Shown here: piece by piece, positions 11,594-24,200 of the stretch
Layout of the letters: the number at the start of each line of letters is the position of its first letter
How positions within the stretch are numbered: the stretch's first letter is position 1
Origin: Diplonema japonicum
Taxonomy: Eukaryota > Protista > Euglenozoa: Diplonemea
Assembly (NCBI GenBank): GCA_964019335.1
Contig: OZ025721.1
Location: 62,001 to 126,000 of the forward strand
Direction of reading: 5' to 3'
Length of the DNA stretch: 64,000 nucleotides
Program-made: the position numbers and the translations under genes
Notes under the pieces: generated by a model
Seen by the model: the letters and a program-made list of their open reading frames with translations, nothing else
Databases searched by the model: none
Told to the model about the DNA's origin: nothing

Positions 11594-12486
11594 CCCTAAC
11601 CCCTCAAAATGGCAGGAGGTCTGAATCGTGCCACACAGAAGCAGCCTCACAATACGTACTTTTCCTTTTCAATCGATTGTTACATATGTATTTATAAAAT
11701 ATAGCGTGCACTCGACGGCACTGATCAAGCGACTGGCACCTTCCGAAGAAGGGCCTCCCACGTCCGCCGGGTGAGGATGCCCCAGGGCAGCCGTTCCAGT
11801 CTGATCATGTCGAACTATAACATATTTCTCATCTTCTAGAAGAAAATGGGGTTTTTGCCCTCGTAGCTCGCCGGGCCAGCACTCTTACTTGCGTAAGCAG
11901 CCTCACAATACCGCCAGTGGGCTACGGCACAGCTTCGGGATCTTGCTCAGGAATGGAATATTGACATTGCGGGCCATGAAAGCAAATACTGGATAAGCTG
12001 TCAACACATGAATCCACGTGCCCTTCCGGCAACGCAGAAGCACCCGGGCCCACAAAGCGCCTTCGAACTAAGTAGTTCCTTTGAACTGTTCATCACGAAC
12101 CATCCAGCTTCTTGCGTTAAGAAAAATAGTCCCCTACAATAACCCCCAGGTGCCAAACCCCGTGGTCCCTGTTCAAAAATGCAAAAGAATTGCTCGTAAG
12201 TGCTCGAAACCAGGCGGAAATCGACTTTTTGGTCAAAAAAAAGGGGTGTATACATGGGTTAGGCAGGCTAGTACCCTGCACAGGCGTAACTGAGAAAAAC
12301 CCGTTGTTCGACTACCATGTGACCCCGGTCCCCAAAAAAAAAAGAATGGGGTCGGGAATTATTTGGGAAATTTGGAGTGGAAAAATCCCCGGAAAAAAAA
12401 AAAAGAATTATTTGGGAAAAAACACATTATTTGGGAGGGAATTCGGACCCCCCCTTTACAAACAAAACGCAAGGTGGGAAAAAAAA

Positions 12487-15400
12487 ATGGCGGAAGTGAA
12501 AAGAAAGAAACGCCTCAGCAGAGCGAAGAAGAAGCCCCGCCTGTCCTGCTCTGACATAATGCGAAGCGACGCGCTAGTCGACCCACCAGACGACGAGGCC
12601 GATGAAGAAGAGTTAAAAGACTTCGCTGAAGAGTACCGCCTTTGGTACGATTACGTAACGGGTATAGAAGAAACAGGAGGGACACCCCCGTCGCCTTCTG
12701 GTGCGGGCCCGTTCCCTGAAGAGGATGTCGGCCTCGCTACGGAAATCGTGGAAACGCTAATGAAAATCACGAAGAACCAAACAAAGCTTCGAAAATTCAC
12801 GGCGGTCATCGTCGGGATCTGCAAGAACGAAGCCGCGCAGCGGTGCGAGTCCCTCAAGAAACAACTCTCAATCTGCAAAGCGAACACCGGTAAAAACAGC
12901 AAAACGGGAAGAAATTCCATCCCTGCAAACAACCCATGGTCTGTAGGGATGGATGTGGATGTCCCCGAAGTCCCTCTCGACCAACTCTTCGCTGCTGCCA
13001 AAGAGTACCCAGAAGACGAATTTTCTTCTGATCTAGAGGATGACGAACACGACACAGGCATGGAGGATGACGAACACGACACATTCCTCGCCGACATCCA
13101 ACGTGGGAAGCCTGTCGACCACGAAGGCTGCCTCACACGACTGAAACAAGTTTTTGAAGCTCAAACCGCAGCTCTTGAACTCGTCGTTACCTTCTTCCGT
13201 GAGATCAAGGAACAGGGCACATCTGTTAAGCTCAGCGCGTTCTTCCGTGGATGCTCACACTGTCTCATCTCAGCTAAGCGGCGTGTGGAAGGTGTCGTCA
13301 ACATCAACACAGCTTTCAACATACTTTTCCGGTCGTATGAAGGCCAACGGCATCGCGAGAAAGCCCTCGCAGAACACGCTGACCTCTTAATACAACAAGC
13401 AAAGGACTCGCAAGGTGAGAATGAACGGCTTCGAGCTGAGGTGGTGCGGACTGCCGTGATGCACATGCGGTCAGCCCTCGGGTACGAATTGCGCGAGGAC
13501 GACGCCCCTCTTGGCACGCCGAACATCACGCTGTGCCGTATGGACATACCCGACGCGAACGCCCTCCGCCGCGACCTGCCCGACAAAATAGTTATCGAAG
13601 CCTGGCAAATGTTCTCCCGCACTACGGGCAAGCACCTGATGGCTTCCTCAGGGTACGAGGTCGAGCGCACCGACACGGGTCTCCTCATTGCCTTCGCAAC
13701 GGTCCCACAGGCTATCGAGTTCTGTGTCGGCGTCCAGCAAGATCTAAACACCGCGGAATGGTCGAAAGGCATTCTCAAGCACCCCTTGACACGTTTGGTT
13801 TCACATGAGACTGCCACCATTCGTGGGCTTCGCATCAGGGCTGTCATCAACACAGGGTACGCGGTGCGTGAGCGGGTGTCGCGCAACAGGAGCGCGCGGT
13901 ACGTGGGCAAGGTGATGGACTCGCTGCCTTACTACCTAGCTATGGCGCAGCCCGGGCAGATTCTTGCGGGGAGCGGAAGCTTCGACATTCTGAAGGACAA
14001 CAAGCACATCTCGCCCGACATGCGCGGCGGGTACTACGGACGCCTGGCGTCGCATGACAACAATGTCACGCAGTACGACGTCAAGAAGTGGGCTTCACTA
14101 CAACTGCATAACGAGGAATTCAACCTCTACCAGCTGGGGGCGAAGGGCATACTGGGAAGAGAGCACATATGGCACGAACTACGCGGCGAAGAGCTGACTC
14201 AGTCAGTCCTTCAGAACGACCTGGACATGGTGCTCGGGGTGAGTCTGGTGAAGGAAGAACGGAAAGAAGAACGCAAGACATCACGCCCCCTCCCCCCCAT
14301 GCCTGCTCCGAGTCCGAAAAAGCAAATGTCAAGTCATGTGGCAGCTGTTCGGGACGAGATAGACGCGCACCGTGAGAGGATCACCGAAGTTCAAGAGGCA
14401 GCGATGAAGGCACGGCAGCTGCTAGACACGCAGAATCTACCCCTCGATTTGCTTACCATAGAGGCAAGCGACCCCATGAGTGCCATGATGAACCATGGTG
14501 GCGAGAACAGCTTTGATCTTGAAGCAGAATGCAGCCTCCGAATGTCCCCACGAAAGGCATCCATGCGCTTTGACGGCGGCAGGACAGCAGTGACAGCTCT
14601 AAAGCGGGCGGAAATAAAAATCTCCGAATTGGAGAGCGAGCTGAAGAAGGAAAGGATCGGCCACCAAGTCGCGCTCAGCAAGCTGCGTCTCGGGGTCATC
14701 GAACACAACCCAACAACACCCCCTTACGCCACTGAGTACACAGCAGCAGCACCAGTGCCCGCTATTAGTTCCCAAGGACACAGCATTGCCGTCTTGCTTC
14801 AGGTACACAGAACAGTCCGGAAGTTCAACACTCTAATGCAGCACTATGTATTCGACCCAAGCTTTCCCTTTGTGGATGCGTGGATCAACCTGGACGTGGG
14901 GGACGACGAAGCGTCAGAAGAGGTCAGCAAGAGAAAGCTCGCGGCTTTCATCAGGTCGACAACAGAAGCCTGCATCGAGGACGACGATGCGGAGGCTGCA
15001 CAGCTGGACAACAACCCTTCTGCGTGCGTGGCCTCCGTGGCAGGCATCTTGGGGAAGCTGTGGATCTGCATCCAGATCTGCATTAAGAACAAGACGATCC
15101 CCTCGCAGTACGCGGCACCGAAGCCGCAAATGAGATCGGCGGGCACTACCACCGCAACGCTGAAATCCTACAACTCTGCCTACACCGCTACTTTCAAAGA
15201 AGCTTCGAACCTAGGGGTACGGCACGCAACGGCGAACAGAGCCAGCAGCGCTGCGATATCAGTCAGACACGACTCAGAGGTGAGCTATGCTGGCAGCATG
15301 TTAAGCATGCCGTTTAACGAGAAAATTACAGAGCCGGTGCTGGGTTACGAGCTGGCTTCCTTGTTGAGCAGCAGAAAGGTGCAAGCGGTGAAAAAACCAC

Positions 15401-15921
15401 CCGAAAAGAAAAAAAAAAGCAGAGACGACACAACAAGAGACAACAAAGAAACACCATTAGACATCTTGCACAGGGAGAAGCCTGCAGCTCAGCCTGTGGT
15501 TCTGCCCGACGTGCTGCCTGTGAAGGAGAGGTCGTCATTTTACGGAACGCTCCACAAACCAGGTGTGGGGGCGGGGATAGAGGAGCTGCTCGAAGCGTAC
15601 AGGGAACAGCTAGCAAAGCAGAAGGAGCTCGAAACGAAAAGCTCTGTGCCACAGGAAGGACCGCGAAGGGTGTACAAAGGCGCTCTAAAGGGGGAGACCG
15701 TCAAGCAGCGGCCCATGTCCTCCACAGGAACGTGCACCTTCAACATGAAGCCCTTGCAGGCAACAGCCGAGAGCGACTACGGAAACGGGCTTCAGCTGAC
15801 CATTATGGACAGGGAGCTCAGCCTGCTAGAGTACACCCCACACGTTTCCCTCCTGTGCCCTGTTGGCCCCGGTGCTGTTGTGAAACGGCCCTGTGGCACA
15901 AAAAGCCAACCAAAGTTCATG

Positions 15922-15953
<32 letters not shown>

Positions 15954-16062
15954 ACCTGTACATCTTATGAGCTCGTCTTGCGACTTTTTGCATAGCAGCT
16001 TCCCCGGCCGCACGGTGCCAGTAAAAACACGGACCTTCAAGAAAACTGCCACCGCTTTGTAG
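12487..16062 (+). CDS. Large coiled-coil protein with degenerate class III adenylate/guanylate cyclase domain
   Basis: ITLCRMDI, GYEVERTDTGLLIAF, GLRIRAVINTG and AQPGQIL at about 13522-14135 align with the cyclase fold. Start is ATG 12487. Confidence 0.75.
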
Positions 16063-16218
16063 GGTCGCACACGTCTCTCTTCCATTTACACCCTTCTTTT
16101 TTTTTTTTTTTTTTTTTTTAAATTCCTCTCAAATCGAAGAAAAAGGAAGGAGGGAGAAAAAGAAGAAAAAAAAGAACCCCCCCCAAAAAAAAAGATTCCA
16201 AAAAAAGAGGGAAAAAAG

Positions 16219-17427
16219 ATGTCAGCTGTGCAGCTCGACCCCGCGGCCACAGGGTCGCAGTCACCGAAGTCCGCGAAGAAAATCGCACTCATGACAGGGA
16301 TCACCGGGCAGGTATCCAAAAAAAAAGAAAAAAAACCACATAACACACCAACAAGGACGGGTCGTATCTTGCAGAATTCTTGCTGGAAAAAAACTATGAA
16401 GTACACGGTGTGATAAGGAGGAGCAGCGGCTTCAACACGGCGAGGATCGACCACATCTTCGGGAACAAGAACCTTCACCTGCACTACGGCGACATGACGG
16501 ACAGCACGTGCCTCCACGCGCTCATCGCAAAATACCAACCTGACGAGATTTACAACTTGGCAGCTCAAAGCCATGTGAAGGTCTCTTTCGAAATGCCAGA
16601 GTACACAGCACAAGCAGACGGTGTGGGGGTTTTGAAAATCCTGGACGCGATCAGAAGCTGCGGGCTGGAGAAGAAAACAAGGTTCTACCAGGCCTCGACC
16701 TCTGAGCTGTACGGGAAGGTCCAAGAGATCCCTCAAAAGGAAACCACACCTTTCTACCCAAGGTCTCCTTACGCAGTTGCAAAGTTGTACGGGTACTGGA
16801 TCACCGTGAATTACAGAGAGAGCTATGAAATGTTCGCTACAAATGGTATTCTGTTCAACCATGAGAGCCCGAGGAGGGGTGCGACATTTGTTACGCAGAA
16901 GATTGTCAGGGCAGCTTGCAGGATCAAACTTGGGAAGCAGAAGGAATTGCTTCTTGGGAACCTTGATTCCCTCAGAGATTGGGGTCATGCAAGGGATTAC
17001 ATCCGCGGGATGTGGATGATCCTCCAGCACCCCGAGCCCCACGACTGGGTCCTCGCAACGGGCGAGCAGCACTCTGTCCGCTCGTTTGTCGAGAAGTGCT
17101 TTGCCCACCCTCTCATCAACCTCCCCATCTCCTGGAAAGGTAAAGATGCTGAAGAAATCGGATTCTCCACCACCGACCCTTCCACCGTATACGTCCGTGT
17201 GGATGAACGTTACTTCCGACCTGCCGAAGTCGAAACACTCCTTGGCGATCCGGAGAAGGCGAATAACGTCCTTGGGTGGAAGCCAGAGTACTCTTATGAT
17301 GTATGTTAAGAGGGGGGATATTTGGAAGAAAAAAAAAAAAAAAAAAAAAAAACAGGGCCTCGTCGACGACATGATGAAGCATGAGTTTGAGGCCGTTGAG
17401 CAGGGTAGGGAAAGGTTTTTGCAGTAA
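16219..17427 (+). CDS. GMD: GDP-mannose 4,6-dehydratase; introns 16312-16355 and 17301-17355
   Basis: Splicing restores ALMTGITGQ|[10 protein letters not shown]. Also [42 protein letters not shown] and YFRPAEV. Confidence 0.97.
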
Positions 17428-18285
17428 AGGTAAGAGTAAGATGAGTGTTTTCTTTTTTTTTTTTATCCAAAAGGGGAAAGTGTCGCAACAGGGAGTAACC
17501 ACCGAGGGGGGGGGGGGGGGGGGGGGGGGAGACAAGGCCGGGTTTGAGTTAGTAGAAAAAAAAGAAGTAAATTCCTGTTTCATATTATTATTTTGTTGTC
17601 CCCCCCCCCCCCCCCCCCCCTCCCTGTCCTGCAGCAATGCGAAGGGGAAAAGGGGTGTTTTTATGTGGACTAAGTTACACAGTTCCCTTGCACCTAAGGG
17701 GGGCAAAAAAAAAAGAAGAAGAAAAAAAAAAGTAACCTAAACTAAGTCTCCCTCTCACCTCCTTGTCTGGTAGCAAGTTCTCCAGATTATCAGGACAAGT
17801 GGCTACATGTTTTTTTTTTTTTTTTACACGTTGACAGGGAAAAAGGAGGGGAAAGGAGGAGGAGAAAAATAGAAAGAGAAGAAAATGAGAGAGAGAAAAA
17901 AATAGACACCCTTTCCCTGTTTTAATGAGTTTTTTTTTTTTTTAATTTCCCCTTTATATTCCCTTATGAAGGTTCTTCTTACAGTTTTAACCCCTTTCCC
18001 CCCCTCCTTTTCTACCTGTTCCTCTTTTCCCACGCACCCCCCCCCCCCCCCCCCTACTTAACTAAAAAGTTTTCTTTTTCCTCTTTTTTTTCTTCCATTT
18101 GTTGTTTCCCTCCCCTTCTTTTATTCTCTTTTTTATTTCTCTTTTTCCTTACCTAATTTACCTTCTTTCTTCTTTTTGTTGGCCCTTGTCCGGGGAAAAG
18201 GGGGAAAAAAAAAAAAAGAGAGAGAAAAAAACTAGAGGGGGAGAGGGAAGAAGAAAAAAAAAGAAGAGGGGGAAAAAGAAAAAAA

Positions 18286-21200
18286 ATGGCGCGGGTAGAG
18301 GGCAGCACGGCGATGACAAGCCTAGTGGAGAGGACGCAGGAGCTAGATACCAAATTCACCCCTCTGCAGATAAAGCGCTTTCCGAAAAGGGTTTTGGGAG
18401 AAACATCCGAAGAAAAGCATTGGAAGGGTTTCACCAACAAGACAGAGATCCCCAGCGACTATAAGGGAAGGGTGGCATGTATCGATTTCAGCATGCGTGC
18501 ACCGTACACATGCGCGGCAACGGGTCAAGGCAAGGTGATGCTTTACGATCCCAAAAGCCATGAAAAGGTGAAGGATGTGCACCCCCCTGACACTGTTTAC
18601 TGTACCCGCTGGCGAACCGACGGAAAAATGCTGGCGTCAGCCGGCGAAAAAACCTCGATCAAAATCTGGACGAACGGGTCCATGAAAATGGTGAGAGAGC
18701 TTGCAGGGGACCTCACCGGCGAAAAAGGCCACAAAAGAGCGGTGCACTCGGTTTCGTTCCTGGTTGACAAACAACGGTTAATTTCTGGTTCCGACGACGG
18801 GAAGGCCATCATATGGGACACCGCCACACAAGATCAGCTCTTTCAACTGAAAGGCCACACCGACTACGTTCGAACCACCGCCGCACATCCCTTCAACAAG
18901 GACATTGTTGCAACGGGTTCCCACGACCACACAGCAAGGGTGTGGCACCTGGAGTCTGACGAACGCACACCGTCATACGTTTTCAAAGTCACCGATCCAG
19001 TACACTGTGTGGTGTTCCACCCCAGCGGTGGTTTCCTTGCTGCTGCAGCAGGGACTGATGTCACAATATGGGATGCGAGCAAAGTTTCTTTGGACGAGAC
19101 TGTCGAAACGGAAACACCTGTGTGCCTTCTTTCTAACCACACGAAAGATATTACTTGCATTGCGTATAACAACCAAGGGTCCAGGCTCTTCACTGCCTCC
19201 ATCGACCGGAATATCAAAATCTACGAAACAGAGACCTACACAATGGTGCATTCCATTTCCCTCCCCCAGCCCGTGTACTCCGTGGCGATATCCCCTGACG
19301 GGAACTGCCTTGCTGCGGGGACAGTTGACGGAAAGCTTTACTTCCGTTCAAGACCTCCGAAGGACGAGATAGACGAGGAAGATGGCGAACAAGCCGAGGA
19401 TGATATCAAGGAACTGAAACTCTATTCTGGGTTGGGTGACCTTACAAGAACCTTCAGTCGGAACTGGCACAAACCCACTGCGGGGACCAAAGACCAGTCG
19501 GAATTTACCATAGAAGCGAACCACATCCAGCGGTTGAAGAGGTTCGACGTGGCGTTCAGGAAGTTCAACTACCGTAAGGTCATGGACGAAACGCTCAACC
19601 AGAAAATCGGCGACTTCAGCAGACACATGGTGTTCTACACTGTTATGAGCGAGCTGCAACGACGCAATGGTCTGCGCATTGCATTGGCCGCCCGCGATGC
19701 CGCAGAACTGTACAAAATCTTAACCTATGTGATGCATGGTATGCCACCTTTTCAAACAAAAAGTACATTGATTTTTTTTGCGTGACGTGGCGGGGAGACA
19801 GATTGCCGCGCTCTGCACGGAACAGAAGTGTAGCCGGGCTGAGGCCTACGAGAGAACGATTGTCTCGAACCTGGACGAGGGTAGGAGGCACCTCACGGCG
19901 CTGCTGCGGGGAACGCAATGCGAGAGGTCTGTGGCGGTGGACGCTGGGGACGGTGTGACGGCGGACCCACAAGAAATGGACGAGGTGTTCAGGGAGGCGT
20001 GGAAAGGGATCTTCTGCTCGGAAAGACGAGAACCGCAATTCTCCGATTTCAGGAAAAAGTACGAGGAACACATACAGCACCAGGAAATGCCGAGGTCAGA
20101 GATTACGGGGAGGCTGCTCCAGGAGGTGCTGAGCCGCAAGCGTCCTAGGGGCGCGTGTGGGGTCGACGGATGGCGCAACGCAGAGCTGAAGAGGCTGCCC
20201 AGGTGGGTATTGGACGGACTGGCAGACCTGTTTAACCTGATCGAGAGGGAGGGGAGGTGGCCGGAAGCCATGTGTACGGCCCTGGTGTCGCTAATACCGA
20301 AGGGGGCAGGCCTCGGCCCCTTGGACCACAGGCCGATTACTGTCACCAGCGCGGTGTATCGACTGTGGGCATGCGCCAGGCTGAGGACGGTTCTCCCGTG
20401 GCAAGAACGGTGGATCTGCGAGAGACAGCACAGCTTTCGGAAGGGGCGGGGCACGGAGACGGCACTACTGGACCTCCTAGCTCAGTATGAAGAGGCGATG
20501 TTGGAGGGTAAGGAGCTGGTGGGCGTGGCTCTGGATTTTGCGAAATGCTTCGACCTGGTACCGCAGCGGCTCACCTTCGAGCTAATGCGGAGCCTTGGGC
20601 TCGAGCCGGGAATTGCGTGCGCAATGGAGGGCATGTACTCACAGATCACGCGGCGGTTAAGTACCCCTTTGGGGTGGGCGAAACCTTCAGAGTGACCAAT
20701 GGGATCCTGCAAGGGTGTCCGCTGTCCGTGATCATGATCAATGCGCTCATTGCGGTCATGCTTAAGGCGCTGGAAGCCGGTGGAGACCTCGTGACGATAG
20801 CCTATGCGGACGACGCCTACATGCTGGCTAAGTTGCGGGAGGCACTACAAGCGGCGACGGACGGTGTCATGGAGTTCTGTACGATAACGGGCATGGAGTT
20901 GAATATACGGAAGACAGTGTATCATCCACGTCGGTAGTGAGGTGGACGGAAGAAGAAGGAAGGCAAGGCTCAACAAGGTCGACAAACATAAGGCTTTGGG
21001 AACTAGGCTGAACACGACAGCATGCGGCACGAGCTGGAACGACGCCGCGGTTACTGCAAGACAGAAGGTGGAAAGGCTGGCTTCGACCCAGCTCTCTTTT
21101 CAGAGGAAGGAGAGTCTCATCAGAACTCATATTATGCCGGGACTGCTATACAGCTCGAGCTTCTCTCCGCCGAGTGACTGGAGTCTCAGTCAGCTTAAAG

Positions 21201-24200
21201 GCTCGATCGTGAAATGCCTGTGGGGCCCCCACTACAGAGGAAGATCTCCAGACGTGGTACTGTCAATCCTGGCGCGAGCGCACCGGGTGGACCCGCTGTG
21301 TGCCGTAGTATACAGTGCTTTGATGATGCTGAGGAGGTGCTGGCTGAGGCAGGACGGGGCAATGGCAGCATGGACGCAGTTGGCACAGGCGTACGAAACT
21401 TCTGGGCAGGTGAGGCCGAGGGGGGTCGTGGGAAATGTGCTCCTGAGGTGGCTTCCGGCGATCGGATGGAATCCTGGGCACGACCTCAGGGAGGCTCTGC
21501 GGAGGATGAGGACATCGGGTATTGTGAAGGCGCGAAGCACGATGGCCGGGCTTGGGATGGGCGCGGCCCCTGCAACGAACGCTTACTGGATGAAGTGCAG
21601 CGCACGCAGACCGCTCGAAGCGTGGCGGGTGAGGAGGATAATCGCCGGGGCGGTGCCGTACCTCAGCCCGTATGCGAAACAAGTTTTACTCTCCCCTCCT
21701 GAAGAACCTGATGAGGAGGGAGGTGAGGGGAGCGAGGAAGAAGCCGACCACCTGGATAGGGGGAGGACGGACAAAGCAGCGGGAACGCTCAATTGCGATG
21801 TCTGTGATGCTGCGAAGGGCAGCACAGTTAGGTTGCTGCGACACCAGCTTTGGGAGTGCGAGGTCGCATTGGAGGTGCAGAAGAAGGAGGTATATAACGG
21901 TCTGGTCAGGAGCGAAAGGTGGCCGGTCTGTTTGGAGCTGCACGGGATTCTCCCGAGGAAGGTCGTGTTCCGCGGTTTGGAGAGGCTGCAGAGGTATTTG
22001 GCAGAGGTGGTGAGGCGCAGGGACGATGCTCTGGCGGTGAAGCGGTTCGCGGTTGAGAAGGAACCGCCGTGGGTGGTGACGACTCAAGGAAGGCGTTTCG
22101 AGGCGCCAAAGGTTGTGGAACTGTACAAGCTCAAGCATCATAGTGAATTTTTTTTCAATTCGGCCCATGGCAGAGGCTCAGAAATAAATTTTCCTACCTC
22201 TCCTGATGAGGAATACACATGTTTTTCTCGGCGACAAAAATTGTCAGGGGGTGTAGCTCAAATGGTAGAGCGCTCGCTTAGCATGCGAGAGGTAGAGGGA
22301 TCGATGCCCTCCATCTCCACTATTTTTTTAAAGAAACCAGAGTTAAAATCCGATGCAATCTTGGATTTGAACCCGGTGAATGAAACAAGAGGTTATACCC
22401 GAAAGGGCCTGTGTGGCTTCAAACTCAGAAGTATTATTTAACAACATTTCCTTTCGCGACTATATCGGATGGACCAGCCACTAACCCCTCTTTTTTCCTT
22501 CACCTGGAGAGCCAGACAGTGGCCGCCATTTTTTTTTTGTTACAAATATTTATCTTTCAAAAAATGATTTTATAACTATATGCAACTTGTGCCGAGCAAA
22601 AAACTTTCGCAGCTTTTTAAAAATCTTTTTTGCTCGTGCGAACAACAAAAAAGTAAAATGCCGCCGAAGACTGCCAAAGCGGGTGGAGAGAGGGTTGGAT
22701 CACCCACCTCCCCGCCTCCGTGCCAGACGCCAGGCCGGAGTGAGGCGACCCCTAAGAGAACCAGGGTCGACCGGCTCGTCGAGCAGGCCGTTCAGAGGGC
22801 CATCTCCGAGCTGCTCCCCACGGTTAGGGACCGGGTGGAGAGTTCGCACCTTGGGTCGGGACATCGGCTGGAACTCTCAGCCGACCGAGCTGATCGAGGG
22901 CCAAGCGCCGAGGGTACGACTGGGGTCAACCTCCCCGGAATTCGCGACGGAAGGCGCAGACGCCTAGCCTCGCAGTCTTCCGCGGACTCGGAGGGTTTTC
23001 GCGACGAGCCAAGCGCCGACGACTCACCACAGGACAACCCCGACACTCAGGCTCCCCCACCGCTATGGGGTCTGCAAGCCTTAGAGCCGTCGAAGTGGGC
23101 GTGGTTAGAGCCGGGCGAGCGCCCCATGGTGGTGGCCAACATCGCCATGCAGTACAGGCAGCTGACCGTCGGGCCCCACGCTTGGGAGGCAGGCATGCGG
23201 GTCAAGGACCTGCAGGAGATCGTAATGGCCATTGGCTGTCAAGACCCGGTGGAGCTAAACTCAACGCTTGTCCGCCTCGCCGAGCGAGCCATCGTCCGCC
23301 TGCAGGCCCTAGAGAGGGGCAGCAGGGACAACTGGGAGGCCGCCGACGCGATCCAGCAGGCGTTCGACGGGCAGTCGGTCCCTACTTTTTTGAGAAAGGG
23401 AGAACGCCTGGCCGAAGAGCTCACCCGTCGACGCAGGAAGCGAAAGCTCACGGACAGCGCTACAATGAGGGGAGGCAAAAGCCGCAGGGAAGGCAGGGCG
23501 TCTGGGGAGAACGAGGGCAGATCCCGCAGAGGAGGCAGGTCTGGATCGAGGGATCGGCGCAGGAAATGACAGCGTTGACAGCCTCTCCCCCTGCACCCCA
23601 CGTACCCCACGCCCCTTATCCAAACTCACATTTTCTTCCTCTCTCTCCCTCTCGACAAACAAACAATGTTCCCTCGCTAGGAAGGCCGAAAGTCACCGAA
23701 CTCCCGCTCACCGCGAAGCAGAAGGTCAGGGTCTCCCGGGAAGCCGGCCGGCACATGAGGAGCGCCCTCAGCGAGCAGTACTGGGCCAGCATCACGTCGG
23801 TCTACAGACGTTTCCTGGAGTTCAGGAAGCACTGGGACGTCCCCTCCACTCCTTGGGCCATCATCCTTTTCGTCACCAAGTTGATGACACTGAACGACCT
23901 GAAGTCGGCGCTACAGTACTGCGTGAACATCAGGGCAGCCGAAGCCAGGTATGGACAGGGCCCCGTTCAGAGCAGAGCGCTCCGAGATTTCGAACGCAGC
24001 CTCCGGCGCCAAGGGGCTTTGCGGCCTCAGAAGCAGGCGATTCCTGCTACTCCCATACAGCTTCGGAGGGCAATGCGCAAGACATCGAGCGAGAAGGTTC
24101 GAACCGTCCTCGAACTCGCCTGGTATGGGGCGGCCAGGTGCTCGGATGTCATCCGCCTGAAGTGCAAGGACGTGACGGTCATGCCGAGACACATCGCCGT

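Larger units (their letters stand above)
10780..12456. mobile_element. Decayed ~1.7-kb DNA transposon remnant with imperfect TIRs
   Basis: Left AAGGGGGTCCGAATAATCCCT and right AGGGAATTCGGACCCCCCCTT are inverted. TA flanks both sides, and TTATTTGG(G) repeats cluster at both ends. Confidence 0.6.

Noticed and set aside
11422-11601. Interstitial telomere
   Set aside because: Only about 1.5 repeats on each side, explained as a MITE TSD.
17762-17810. Hairpin CTTGTC...GACAAG followed by ACA as an H/ACA-like RNA
   Set aside because: The stem is short and no target can be verified, so support is insufficient.
22181-22215. Hammerhead-like words GAAA...CTGATGAG upstream of tRNA-Ala
   Set aside because: Stems I-III cannot be formed convincingly.
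22363-22378. Minus-strand B-box-like GGGTTCAAATC as a second tRNA
   Set aside because: No cloverleaf can be formed around it.
22140-22441. C-terminal part of ORF 20942-22441
   Set aside because: It reads through tRNA-Ala and AT-rich flank; this is run-on from the broken LINE.
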